50,685 nt of DNA from Nemertoderma westbladi (GCA_032718475.1 JAUCBJ010004755.1:1-50685), one strand, 5' to 3'; shown: positions 32,054 through 45,119, counted from the first letter of the stretch. The notes: generated from the letters alone by a model not told the origin. Translations and numbers: made by a program.

Positions 32054-32122
32054 TTTGTGTATATGACTTTATTTGCTCTAAAGTTTATTGAAAGAGGCAA
32101 AGGAAGTGATTGGGGAGACAAA
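32054..32122 (+). promoter_or_regulatory. Candidate eukaryotic SECIS element
   Basis: ATGA (32063), 13 nt, AAA (32080), then TGAT (32107). ctttatttgctct can pair imperfectly with agaggcaaaggaag. Lower helix tttgt/acaaa. Confidence 0.45.
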
Positions 32123-32237
32123 CCCGCGGGTTTGGCTTACTCCTATCACTTACCTGAGCAATCATCAAACCAAGATGATTTGCGCTTTTATAAGAAATTA
32201 AGTAAAGTCCGAAAATGAAAGAAATTATTACGTATTT

Positions 32238-32375
32238 TATATTTAGTTTGATTATCGGCCTTTAATGCAATTTAGTTAAAAATTTAGCCTCAAATACGTT
32301 TATATTTAGTTTGATTATCGGCCTTTAATGCAATTTAGTTAAAAATTTAGCCTCAAATACGTTTATATTTAGTTT
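32238..32375 (+). repeat. ~63-bp tandem duplication in the BEL 3' UTR, followed by degenerate AT-rich ~60-bp repeats (about 32480-32660)
   Basis: tatatttagtttgattatcggcctttaatgcaatttagttaaaaatttagcctcaaatacgtt twice. Confidence 0.85.
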
Positions 32376-32774
32376 ATCTTGTTAATGTTGATCGTTAATT
32401 TGAGATGGGAAATGGGGGACATTGTCCTAGCCATGTTCCATTTCAATAGGTAGACAGTCAATTTGTAAATAAATAAAGGAAGTAATATTTTTGTAATTTA
32501 ATTTTGTATGTAGTAATCATTATGTAGAACGAATGAGAAACAGTATTTTTGTAAATTTAATTTGTATGTAATAATCGTTAACATTGAGAGAGATAATATT
32601 TTGTAATTTTAATTTGTATGTAAATTCATTATGCAATATCTATGGCAATATTTGTAAATAGTAGAATTATTATGTTATTTAGATTGGTTGGAAGAAATTT
32701 ATTTTGTTTTGTATACATCACCTTATACTCTTCTACAATTGGAGGGAAACATTGTATGATTTCCCTTGGAGCGG

Positions 32775-34978
32775 TGTTACGGTATATGGCGCTGTATCCA
32801 TAATATTAGTCATCATGCAGTATGCAATATTAGTCCGTTATGCAGTATGCAATATTAGTCCGTTATACTGTATGTAATATTAGTCCGTTGTGCAGCATGA
32901 TATTTTAGATAAGGCATAATAATGCAGTGGTATTTAGATAGGGAAATCGAAACACCCATATATTTGAATCCATCCATTTTGTATAGTATGTAGCCCTACC
33001 TACGTAATTTTGTATTAGGTTATATGTAGATAGTTCCAGGGTAAGTTTATTCGGACCCTGGATTCCGTGCTTGCTGATATTAGCTTTAGTAGGGCTAGCA
33101 TATAGGGACGCTGTCCTGGCCATTCAGCAGCCAGAGACGTGAACCATTACCATATATGGTAATAATTCGAGGAAAGGGAGCAAATAGGGCTACAATCCGG
33201 CCTCCTTATTGGACTAGCTGCTTCCAGGTTGGTCTAGTGCTAGCACGGACTGGAGAGCCAATAAGAAAGCGATTGAGTCACCCTATTGCATCACCCCATC
33301 CGGATCACCTATAAATTGGCGGTGTGCCGGTAGAGCCTCACAACTCATCACGTGACACCCCACTTATTGCTGTTGTACTTGCTGAGCTGTCCCTATGTAT
33401 TTTTTGACTGATTTTCTGCAATTTGCTAATTTTGATTAGTTTCTTAAAATAATTCGAGTGCGATTATTCTTGCTTGTGTTTCTCAATTAATTCCTGTCGA
33501 TTACTGCTAATTACAACTGAACTATGATTTCTACCTTTTGATTAATGGTTCTACGTGATTCCTTTCTGCGCAATAATCCTAAGGGATTTCTGAGACTGTC
33601 AGACTTTGTGATTTGCATGCGCCGCTACGGTAGCTATTAGCATAATGGAGGGCTAAGGCGCCAGTGGGCGGTGGGCACATCGGGGGGTTGGGCGACTAAG
33701 GGAGAGCGGAGGATTCAAAAGCGGGCAACGCTGGCGGGGGTCAACGTTGCGGTCGGGCAGTTTGGACTGTGGGTTGGAGACCGCTCGCCGGTACAGTAAT
33801 TAGGGGGCTGATGATCCAAGGTTTTGTCTCTATTTAGTATTAGGGGGCAGGAATTGGGTTAGTTAGGAAGCCTAGATGTACCCGGGAGGGGCCTGCATAC
33901 CTTACAGTAAGTAAGTGGGTAAGTACGTAAGTAAGTTGCGAATTATATAATTGCAGATTGTATAATTGCAAGTCGTGCTATTGTGATCTGTGATTGCTGA
34001 CACTGATTGGTGTGTTACTGAAGTGTGCCTGTGATTACGAATGCTTAGGTAGGCACCCTTTCCCTTTTGATTGATTTCTATTTCTTAGTTACAACAAATA
34101 ATTACTGATTAGGTCAAAGTAATACGGCATTTTAGGCTATTACTAGTGAAACCTGTTGTGTAATAAATTAGAATTACGCATTCTGGAACTCTTAGTAATT
34201 AGTGCGCTGTTACATATTTGTGACTGTAATTAATTAGTAAAATTAAGAATTAGTACGCAGCATAGCGGAGAGTAGCTAAGGTAATAATTAGAGTACCGTA
34301 AACTATTCACGCTGAGCGGTTATTTGAATTAGCGGGCAATAAACTAGATCGCAATAGTTAGTACGCAAGACACTAGTAAGTTGCTGGCCTAAAGCCAGCT
34401 GCAGGCAAGTTTAGACCCAGAGCGGTATCACCTACGAAAGACATTGTACTGTACCAATTTTGATTTATTTAAATATTCTCGCATTCACACATTCCGTTAG
34501 GGAACCCCCAGTATTCGCGATTAGAAAAGACGTAGGCATTAGCGTATTTCAGTAGTAAAATTAGGCGTAAGAATATACTCTGAGTGCAAAGCCCCTCGCA
34601 CTCGTCTTAAGTAAGCTTAGGGAGCCGACTCGGGTTTATTGTTTTGGTTATTCCCGCGTGGCTCATAGATTCGAACAGTTAGCTCTCTATCGAGCGATCG
34701 GTAGAGAAAGGAACAAGCGATTTTGCAGGAGTTGTGTAAATTTAGTAAAATATATTAGCGGACGGCAGATTAGCGCCATCCAACGGTAAGTAGCGGTTTT
34801 GTATTTAGCAACCCTTACAATTTAGTAATAGCACGCTCCTGATCCCCTTTACTTAACAGTAGAGCAGTCTTTGTGTCTTATTGGTTAGGCGAGAGCTCAT
34901 TAGGTTGGCAGAGAGGTATACGGGTATTTGTCTGTTCAACAGTTCTGCTGTTAGTATAGGTGTCGCGGTTGTTTAACA
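32775..34978 (+). repeat. 3' LTR (2204 bp)
   Basis: Near-identical to 18278-20482. Preceded only by a short purine-rich ggagcgg and followed by the TSD TATAA. Confidence 0.95.
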
Positions 34979-35776
34979 TATAATGTTTCTTCAGTTTCAA
35001 TATGGTTATCATTTTAAAAAGAAACCAATTCAGGATCAAGTACCTCACATGTTGCTATGTTCAGACCATAATTTGCCAGGCAATCATGTCATTTCTTGTT
35101 GCCATGGCTACCAAAAATATTATTTAATATGTGAAAATTCCTTCAGAAACATTATATATGTTCTTCAGATGCATGTCAATATGTTACATAGTCAACATTC
35201 ATGATCACAAGCGAAGTCATTATTCTGCATATTTTAGTATGTAGTTTATATGTAGTAGTAACGTATTTGGCATTTTATTGGCAATGGAAGTTAATCATAT
35301 TAAAGATTATTGAAAAAAATTGTGTGGAGTCTGCTACAGTTATTTTATTTAACAAAGTCTTGAATTTTTACCATAGCAACGGGAGTTTTGATCCTAATTC
35401 GGGAGTGACTTGTTAAAAATACTCAAAATTCGGTTTAATGTACATCTCAGTATTTTGTACCATAAGATGCTGTAGAAAATTACAAAAATAAATTTGAATG
35501 ACGTTAATGTACTTAGCAACGAAAGTTTTCCTTAGCAACCGGGGTCTTTTTGTACCAACATCGCGTTATATAGTGATAACATGTTTTTTATTGAGCAGTG
35601 AAGTTTAAATAACAGTAGTAAGTTCTCCTTGGCAACGTTGAATTGTGTTTAGCAACAGCGAGTTACCTTAGCAATGGGTAGTTTTACAAGGTAGCAACGA
35701 GTTTTCAAATACTGTAATTTCCAAGTTTTCTACATCAATGTTGAATCTTACTTATCAATGGCGAGTTTTCCTCAGC

Positions 35777-36826
35777 TACTACTAGGATCGGCATGCTGCA
35801 TTGCAGCTGCATTTTTAAGAATGCTGTGCCGGCTTGTCGACAAAATTGCGCCACCACAACTCCCTAACACACATGACATTTGCTGGATCATCCGCATCTT
35901 CAAGGCCAGTGTCCTTTAAGATGCGTCTCAAGAAAGTCATGGGCTGTCCACCATGCTTATTCACTCCATGAGGCAGCCAAAGTACAAGATTATGCACTGG
36001 CTGGTCCTCACGGCGAAAGCAATGTCCTGCAAAGCGGAGGCGATTTTGTTCTAGTGTCAAGCTTGGGGGAACCAATGAGACACCACCAATGTTATATAGT
36101 GTCTGGTTGGAGATGTATGCATTGCACTTGACACAATGAACCCGGCGTAGCATTCTTGTGAATGTGCCATCCAGATATTTGGTGTCCTCAACAGTTAGAG
36201 CACAGCATGGACTCCCGTAGATGAGTACTGGAACTACGGCTGCTCTAAATAATCGGACCTTAAGTTTCCGATTAATTCTCAGTCACTTCCAAATCCTGGA
36301 AAGCCTATTCTAGACTGCCCATGCCTTTCCCTTACATATTCGAAGATCCTCAGCTGACTTCCGGATCCATGATCCCAGGTAAGAGAAGTCGTCCACATGC
36401 TCAAGCATACCATCCTTTGAGTTTATGCTCATCCGGTCAGAGACTTGCTGAGGACTTTCAAAGTTAACTGTCAAAATTTTGGTCTTTCTGGAGTTAATAA
36501 AAAGACCAACATTAGAAGCAGCCTGTTCTAATGAGCTGAGGAGCCGTTGGGCTCCCTCTAGTGATTCTGAGAGTACTCCTAAGTCATTAGCAAAGTCTAG
36601 ATCAGTTAGGTGCTTGGCAGGATTTCATCGACTTCTGGAGGCAGTAGGTGGAGTTACCATCACCCCATTACCAATCATTATGATGATCTAAGGACATGCG
36701 TAGAACATAGTCAACCACAATTAATTATGAACAAGAATGGTGCAAGTGTGTCTGTCTCCCTGGAGGACGCCCCATAACACTTCAAATGGTTCTGTGTCAC
36801 CGTCAACAGTAGACACAAATGTTGTC
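35777..36826 (-). mobile_element. Second 5'-truncated RTE copy (mutated), at the inner end of the left foldback arm
   Basis: Reverse complement of about 696-1732 with substitutions and indels, and the same gatcctagtagtag tail. No TSD seen. Confidence 0.92.
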
Positions 36827-37758
36827 AAATACACAAATACAACAGCGCTTGGTCAAACAGAGTTAGAGCTTTCATACACGATATGGGTAATCTTCCTGCC
36901 ACAGGAGCGGTTTATCACCAGATATGCAGAGTCAATTTTCGTACAGGTAAACATATACCACAAGTATTTAGTATAAATTCCATATCGGTATCCAATCTAA
37001 CCAAAAACTATCTAACTGACAAGCAATATCTGTGAGTAGCACACCAAGAGTAATATAATTTATTATATAAGGTACTGGTACAGTAAAATACCAGTATTTA
37101 TTACTGTATTTCTGATACCATATAAAATATTTAAAATATTCTGTAAATATATTGCTAAGGAAAACTTGCCATTGGTAAGTAAGATTCAACATTGATGTAG
37201 AAAACTTGGTAATTACAGTATTTGAAAACGCGTTGCTACCTTGTGAAACTAACCATTGCTAAGGTAATTCGCTGTTGCTATATGCCTACACAATTCAACG
37301 TTGCCAAGGAGAACTTACTACTGTTATTTAAACTTCACATCTCAATAAAAAACATGTTATCGCTATAAAACGCGATGATGGTATAAAAAGACCCCGGTTG
37401 CTAAGGAAAACTTTCGTTGCTAAGTACATTATCGAATATAATTTTGTAATTTTCTACTGCATCTTATGGTACAAAATACTGAGATGTACATTAAACCGAA
37501 TTTTGAGTATTTTTAACAAGTCACTCCCGAATTAGGATCAAAACTCCCGTTGCTATGGTAAAAATTCAAGACTTTGTTAAATAAAATAACTGTAGCAGAC
37601 TCCACACAATTTTTTTCAATAATCTTTAATATGATTAACTTCCAATGTCAATAAAATGCCAAATACGTTACTATAACTACATAAATACTAAAATATGCCC
37701 ATTGCTATGGTAACAACAGAATAATTACTTCGCTTGTGATCATGAATGTTGACTATAT

Positions 37759-38422
37759 TGTAAGCGGATTCAATTCCACTTCATTACCCACCAGAAAATT
37801 GGACTAGTGGCGTTTAGCAATATGTTGGGGATACGAGATTACCAATATTAATCTCGTCTCATAACCAACATTTGGGGGGGGGGGGGGGGGCTCACAAGCC
37901 CCAAAGCCACAGAGAAAGGTGAGAGGTCAAACCACCTCGGAGGGAATACAGCTAGTGGAGGCTAGCAGCGGAGGGGAAACACTCATAGGGAGTGCCAAAG
38001 TGACAATTAGTATATTAGCCAATAGTGGGGAGGGAAGCACGTGATAGGGAACAGGAAAGCATCCATTGGGTAGAGGGCCAAAGTAGAGTAGGAGGTATAA
38101 CCAATATTCAATGTGTGATTAATCATATACTATCTTACATTACTGGTTTACCGGTCAGTTGTGTTATTCAGTTCAGTCAGTGCAGACTGGTCATAGTTAA
38201 TGACCGCCACCGCCATACCGGTAACAATTAACCTGTATTTTTCTGCTATATTCATATTCAATTACTGACGTGCTATTTTCGCCTATATTAATCAGTATTG
38301 AGAAATAACAAAACTCCTACTGTTTTCCCCAAAGGCCTTCGGCCAAAGCGAATAGTACGATAAGCCAGCAGAACGGTGACGAGTACATTTATAACCCGGT
38401 CGGGATCTCCGATCCCGTCACA
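37759..38422 (+). mobile_element. Solo LTR (664 bp) related to the decayed BEL element's LTR
   Basis: TGTAAGCGGA...TCCCGTCACA termini and a 5-bp TSD tatat/tatgt. Absent from the opposite foldback arm (near 35170-35200). Confidence 0.88.
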
Positions 38423-39223
38423 TATGTAACATATTGATATGCATCTAAAGAACATATAAAGTGTTTCTGATGGAATTTTCACATATTAAATAATATTTTT
38501 GGTTGCCATGGCAACAAGAAATGACATGATTTGCTGGCAAATTATGGTCTGAACATAGCAACATGTGAGGTACTTGATCCTGAATTTGTTTCTTTTTAAA
38601 ATGATAGTAACCATATTTAAACTGAAGAAACATTATAGGTGATATTATTTTCTTATTACCTAGGTTACAGGCCAACTACTAATCCACTTCAACGCCGAAT
38701 CTAGAAAAAAAACAATTATGCTTAAGGACAATATAATTACAGAGTTTCCTGATTTTGCAACAATGGGAACACGCAATACGGATACGTTTCCAAAATTTCA
38801 AAAATTTACTGTACACTTAATTTCGACGATGTAATTCTCATAGTTGTCATGGTAACCGGGTTTCAAAACGTGCCCCATCGGATTATCCGATAGTGATTTG
38901 GGTGGGGTAGGTCAAGGTTCGAATTCCGTAGGATTATAGGAAATGGTTTATTGATTTTTTTGTTAATTGATTTATGTATGACTTTCTGTTGCCATGGTGA
39001 AATGGTCTATTTAACCAAGTTCCAACAACCCGATTTGGGCCGATTTTGGATATGTTGATAAGCATAAAATTTGGGCCTAGAAAATATTAAATTAAATTAT
39101 GTTGCAATTTGTCCGAGGTTGAGCCCTTTTTTCGCCTATTTTGACTGGACTACTAATATAATACATAAGGGCATTCTAGAAAAAATTAAATTTCATGTTT
39201 TGTGATTTACTTTTGGTCATTTG

Positions 39224-39258
39224 ACTTTGACTTTGACTCGGTAGTGTGAACGCGGCCT
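39224..39258. repeat. 35-bp inverted-repeat terminus, PIF/Harbinger-like (partner at 45862-45896)
   Basis: actttgactttgactcggtagtgtgaacgcggcct is the exact reverse complement of 45862-45896. The GGCCGCGTTCACAC end lies next to TTA/TA. Confidence 0.65.
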
Positions 39259-40904
39259 TACGTTAAACAAAAGTCAATAGTTATTATTTTAAAGAATCAA
39301 CAAAAGGAAGTAACAATTTTTTGTCAGACTTTTTAACACGCATCAACCTCATAAAAACTTTTGATACTATTGACCATAATATTAGCCTCAATAAACTTAA
39401 CTCCTACGGCACAGCATCCCTGGTATCCCTAACCAACAAATTTATAGTTTTCTTACTGGCCGCATTTTACTACGTGATTGGCACGGGGTCATTTTAGAAA
39501 TGTTTTAGATCTTGGCTCAAAAATTAAAATTTTTAAGGTATAAAGGTTTTCGAGGTGGCTCATTACGATAAAACTAGTTAAAAACATTTCTGGTAATGCA
39601 ATTTCATTTTCGGTGCTTGTTCTGGTTGGACGAAAAATTCAAGTAGCATAAAATTTCAAACGCCAAAAATTGAATTTGGTTGGATATTTTGGATGTTTTA
39701 TATTTTATTAACACGATAATTCTGAGTGTTATATTCGTGATCAGTTTCCCACAAAACCTTTATGTCATAAAATCAGTTTGATTTGGTAATGATTTTTTAT
39801 TAGAAAATCTGTGATATTTGCATTTTCCACACATTGACACATATCCAAAAGTGACCTAATCAACGTACGATATATTTCAGTATTCGTGACAAGCATCCCA
39901 AAAAACTTATAAGGTCAAAAAATTTTTAATTTGGTGGTATTTTTTATTATGCCCTAATGTTGCACATTCAGAATTCCCAAAAATTTTCTAGAATGTTACA
40001 CTGTATTTGAGTTTTAGATCATGATCAGCATCCAAAAAAACCGCTATATACTGCAAATTAATTTTAGTGAGCTACAAAATATAGGTGCCAGAAAGGGAGC
40101 ACAGCATGAAAACTAACATACTGTAGCTATATAAATGGCGTTTGCTCTGATGGATAGTCCGAAAACTTTTAGGAAAAGTCACGAAATCTCGAAATATCTT
40201 TCCAAACAAATCTGGCTGAAAGATACAGATGAATTAAAAAAAAAGTCTAAACAAACACAACAAATACAAATACAACATGAATACACATGAATAATTATGG
40301 AAACTTGATTCATTTAGCGGCCACTACAGTTTAACAATACATAGTTTGAAACCTAAAAAACAAGGAAATATACTTTAGGATTACAATGTTGCATGCTATT
40401 TAAGGTATGTATGGTATGGTATATAACTATGCTTGGCATGCTATCGTCCGACCCTTAGTCTTAGAGCATGCTACAGTTTATGTTTGGTTTGCTGATATAA
40501 GATGTATGCTATGCATGCTATGATAACTAATTGTAGATGTTATGTTAGGTATGTATCCTAACATTTCACGACTACTAGAAACGATATTCTAGCGACAGGA
40601 ATATAATCCATTAGCAGTTAGTATTGAAAACACTTCCCCCTTACAAATTCAGTATGTGCTATATTATTATAGCCATTATTTATGTGCTTCTATAAATTTC
40701 ATTATTATTCTATATCTATAATATTGTTATAGGGCCTATTCTATATTTGTCATTGTCTCGACCAGCTGAATTATTATAATAGTTATGCGTTATGTTATGT
40801 TAGGTATGTATGCTATGGTAATATACTATGCTATGCTATGCTATAATATGACATTTCCTTCATTGGGTGTTTCCAATGGGAGATTTGTCTTGAAGGACCC
40901 AGAC

Positions 40905-41972
40905 CAATTTAAATGGCCCTTAGGAACAGTGTCTACTGAGGGCCATTTAAGTGGCTCCAATGAGACATTGTCTTGAATGGGCCACTTTAACTTTTTACCC
41001 TTTTTACACCTTTAACCCTATTCATACCGGAAATAATAATAAAAAATTAACTCTTATTATTGTGCCTAAATTCACATTTTTAGGTTTTCTGGGGCGCTGA
41101 TTATATAAGGGAAATATTCCAATTTCGTGGGAAGTTTTTTTATTAAAATTTTGTTATTAGTTTTGTTTAGTATTAATTTGGCACACACCTCCGAAAAATA
41201 CAATTTGAAATGTCTAAAGCCGTTTGTATTTATTCCCATGAATTCAGAACCAACGTAAAACACATGTAATGCGAGAAACAAGATGTAGAAATCAATTCGT
41301 ATGTATTGCCATCTAGGGCCATTTTAGATTTAAGTGGCTCAAATGAGACATTGTCTTAAATGGGCCGCTTCCTTATAAATGACCTTTACGAACATTGTCT
41401 ACTGAGGGCCATTTTACATTTAAGTGGCTCAAATGAGACATTGTCTTGAATGGGCCACTTCCTTTTAAATGACCTTTACGAACATTGTCTACTGAAAGCC
41501 ATTTTACATTTAAGTGGCTCAAATGAGACATTGTCTTAAAAGGGCCACTTCCTTTTAAATGGCCCTTACGAACATTGTCTACTCACTACTGAGGGCTATT
41601 TTATATTTAAGTGGCTCAAATGAGACATTGTCTTAAATGGGCCGCTTCCTTATAAAAGACCTTTACGAACATTGTCTACTGAGGGCCATTTTACATTTAA
41701 GTGGCTCAAATGAGACATTGTCTTAAAAGGGCCACTTCCTTTTAAATGGCCCTTACGAACATTGTCTACTCACTACTGAGGGCTATTTTATATTTAAGTG
41801 GCTCAAATGAGACATTGCCTTAAATGGGCCACTTCCTTTTAAATGGCCCTTTCGAACATTGTCTACTCACTACTGAGGGCTATTTTATATTTAAGTGGCT
41901 CAAATTGGACATTGTCATGAATGGGCCACTTCCTTTTAAATGGCCCTTAGGAACTTTGTCTAATGAGGGCCA
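40905..41972 (+). repeat. 90/97-bp minisatellite (about 8 units), first unit separated by an unrelated ~320-bp insert
   Basis: aacattgtctactgagggccattttacatttaagtggctcaaatgagacattgtctt...gggccacttcc units at 41391, 41481, 41571, 41668, 41758 and onward. Longer units carry an extra 7-bp cactact. Confidence 0.92.
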
Positions 41973-42164
41973 CAATCATTAATATCGGAATTGAATTGCC
42001 GTAATACAATAGGTTACTTTAGGTAGTAACAACACAACCCCCCCCCCCCCCCCCCCCCCCCATATCAACCAATTTGACTGAGGTGGAACCTGACAAAGAC
42101 AAAATTTTCACCCCTTTGCGAATCCCCTAGTTTCTAATACAAAACATTCCTTGATTTTGAAGAT

Positions 42165-43105
42165 ACAGAGATTTGAAAATATGAAATGGCCCTTAAACCT
42201 AAAACAAATATATTAAATGGCCTTCCAAAGAAAACATATCCGTGTTAGATTGTGTTCATATTGTGCAGTTAAATTACATTAAATTTATTAATAGTGGCCC
42301 TAACAAAATATAAAAATATAAAAAATGGCCCTAAATTTACAAAATTACATTCCTAAACTACAATCAGAGGTGTGACGCTGAATGTGGCTTCTACTAAAAG
42401 GCCCGTGCTCCACTGGTAACTCATAAGGTTAGCACGAACTTAGTTCCAATCGCACATTTTCAAAGGCGAACTTATGTAGTTTCAATTGAAACGCATTTAG
42501 TTCCAAAATAAATTTTACAAAGCGAACTTAGTTCCAATCGAGGCGAACTTAGTTCCAATCCCAGAATATCAAAACGAACTTAGTTCCAATGGAAGCGAAT
42601 TTAGTTCCAATGGATGTGAATTTAGTTCCAATGCATGCGAATTTAGTTCCAATGCATGCGAATGTAGTTCCAATGGATGCGAATTTAGTTCCAATGGAAG
42701 CGAATTTAGTTCCAATGGGTACGAACTTTTTTCTCTAGTTATTGGAACTAAGTTCGCCTAAATTGGAAATAAATTCGCCAAAATTGGAACTAAATTCGTT
42801 TCCATTGGAACTAAATTCTTTTCCATTGGAACTAAATTCGCATGAGGCGAAAATTGGAACTTAGTACGGGGAATCGTAATTGCCAATTGCCAAATTATAT
42901 TTTCCAATTGGCTGCAATATATATACTGTAAATCTAAAAGGTCATTATTTATATATTTTGATATTTTGATAGGGCCACTGTTAATAAATTTAATGTAATT
43001 TAACTGTACAATATGAACTCAATCTAACATGAGTGTATTTTCCTAGGAAGGCCATTTAATGTTTGTTTTGGGTTTTAGGGCCATTTCATATCTCTGTATT
43101 TCTAA
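42165..43105. repeat. ~145-bp inverted repeat pair (about 42165-42310 and 42960-43105), with a third copy at about 43755-43990
   Basis: atatgaaatggcccttaaacctaaaacaaa...gtggccct versus agggccac...ttttagggccatttcatat. Confidence 0.75.
42402..42870. mobile_element. MITE-like element with head-to-head arrays of ~21-bp subterminal repeats
   Basis: gcgaatttagttccaatg repeats at about 42434-42725, then inverted ttggaactaaattcg repeats at about 42742-42862. Termini cccgtgct...agtacggg. Confidence 0.7.
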
Positions 43106-44765
43106 TTCAGGGAATATTCTAAGGAAATCTTGATATCGCACTTCAATTTGGATTTTGGTGGATATTATTTATTATATAATACAATAACTGCTGTAAACAA
43201 CGGTATGGGAGGTATGAGGGGAGGGGGTTAACTATAATATGCTGCGCCTGATATAATCTGAAATTTACAGGTACAGAGATTATAAATGCACGTTTTTGTA
43301 TGGAAAATGTGCCTGAGCTAGTATTATGCACCTTAATTATTACTATAATGATTGCCAGGTATCCTGTCAAAATGATTATAAAATATGAAATATCGAAGGT
43401 TTTAAATTTTGTGAAATTTAAAACTGCATATAAAAAACTTAAAAATCTGCATATGGATCATTTTCTCCCCAATGATGCAGCGCAGGTTGTATTATAGTAT
43501 TGATTTCACAAGTTTCAGCTTAACGAATCATAAATAACGAAACTGGAGGAGGATTTCACTTTACTATTATTACTTACTTTTATTATTAACTTATAAGGCA
43601 ATGGGCAAATGGCAAGGCAAGCAGTAGAAGCCACCTTTGCCTCACATCTCTGATTGTAATCCCAATTATCCTTCCCCCTGCCTTTTCCGTTTGACACATG
43701 TCTGTCTGCCAGTCTATTTCTGCCAATAGACATCAATAAAATTACTTTATGAATTTAGGGCCATATTTTATATTTTGATATTATAAAGGGGCCACTGTTA
43801 CTAAATTTAAAGTAGATTATGAAAACTGTAAAAAGAAAACTGTAGATTATGAACTCAATCTAACATGGGTGTATTTTCCTGGGAAGGCCATTTAATATAT
43901 TTGTTTTAGGTTTTAGGGCCATTTCATATCTCTGTATTTCTAATTCAGGGCATATTCTAAGGAAATGTTGATATCGCACTTCACTTGGGATTTCACTTCA
44001 CGATGGGCACTTCAGTGGATGTAGAACTATATTTTTAATTATATGATACAATAACTATTGTTAACAACGGTGGGACTGGGAAGTATGGGGGGGGGGGGGG
44101 GGGGGAGTAACATCGTGCCCGTGTGTGTCTGAGTCTGTATTCACAGAAATACTCAATATTCAAATCCCTTAACTTTTCCTAGAATTAACATACGTTTTTA
44201 ATGACTAAATCTGAAACATTTTGAAATCTTAAACTATATTTGAAAGTTATTTTTTGTGGTACTAATTATCGTCTGGTGTGTTTAAAAATGGCCAAACCAA
44301 ATAATTAAAAAAATAGGCCACAAAATGGCACTCTGCTGTAGCCAAAAGTGCCTTTTTGTGCAAATGTTATTCTGAACAAGTGTCAAAATTTCTGAACAAA
44401 TTTCAAATCATTCCAGCAAAAATCGGCGGAGAAATAGCCGATTTCATGACAAAATTTAATTCTTAGTTAAAGGTGTTTAATATGTCGCTTCATTTCTAAA
44501 TTTAATATGTAGTCTGCGAAAATAACAATATCCATGATCCAACGATCCATCAGTATTGTCTTATTTGCTTACATTTCATAATATCGATCTTACGATTTAT
44601 ATTTTCATTAACTTTTTTCATTTTCTGAATTTATTTACTATTTCTCACTGAAAGTGGACATGTTTATTGAATTTTAATGGCAGCAAAATGGCCTACTTTA
44701 GACCATGTACTTAAAAGGCCATTAAAAAGGATATGGCCCCTACAAAACAATGCCCCCTGTCCTAA

Positions 44766-44920
44766 AGGCCTGTTTACACGTGGCAACTTTTTGAGCAACT
44801 TTCTCGGCAACTAGCAATGTGTTTGGAGCAATTTAATTTAATCGCTGTTTAATGTTTACACGTGGCAACTTTACCAGCAACTTTACCAGCAAAGTGGCCG
44901 GAAACTTTTATAGCAACTTG
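44766..44920 (+). mobile_element. Harbinger-like MITE left-end fragment
   Basis: ggcctgtttacacgtggcaact terminus with an internal repeat of tgtttacacgtggcaacttt and multiple gcaact words. No right end found. Confidence 0.4.
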
Positions 44921-45119
44921 GCTATTTTGACTGTAAAATAGTGGGTACTGGTTAAGTATGCATACACCTCTCACCAAATTAAATATTTACTAGCTAGTTT
45001 TTGATAATTTATTTTTTTTTGAAATTTAGCCATTTTATTTTGAAAAAATTAATGTTCTAGAACAAATATTTTTTTAGACAAAGGCCTGGTTGGTATTTAA
45101 AAAGAACGGGATGGATATA

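Larger units (their letters stand above)
18278..34978 (+). mobile_element. Full-length, apparently intact BEL/Pao LTR retrotransposon (16.7 kb)
   Basis: Two ~2.2-kb TG...CA LTRs and a 5-bp TSD TATAA (18273-18277, 34979-34983). Single gag-pol ORF in PR-RT-RH-IN order. The empty site is preserved in the opposite foldback arm near 38620-38650. Confidence 0.97.
17831..39152. mobile_element. Non-autonomous foldback DNA element with ~1.2-kb inverted arms, interrupted by three later insertions
   Basis: Left arm 17831-18277 plus 34984-35776 is the reverse complement of right arm 37154-37758 plus 38428-39117. The right end continues to ...ttttgactggacta at 39152. A TAG...CTA terminus is reminiscent of Academ-type elements, but this classification is uncertain. 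Confidence 0.85.

Noticed and set aside
41315-41972. CRISPR-like regular repeats (also 14886-15031 and 42434-42862)
   Set aside because: Units are contiguous with no unique spacers, there are no cas genes, and the context is eukaryotic.
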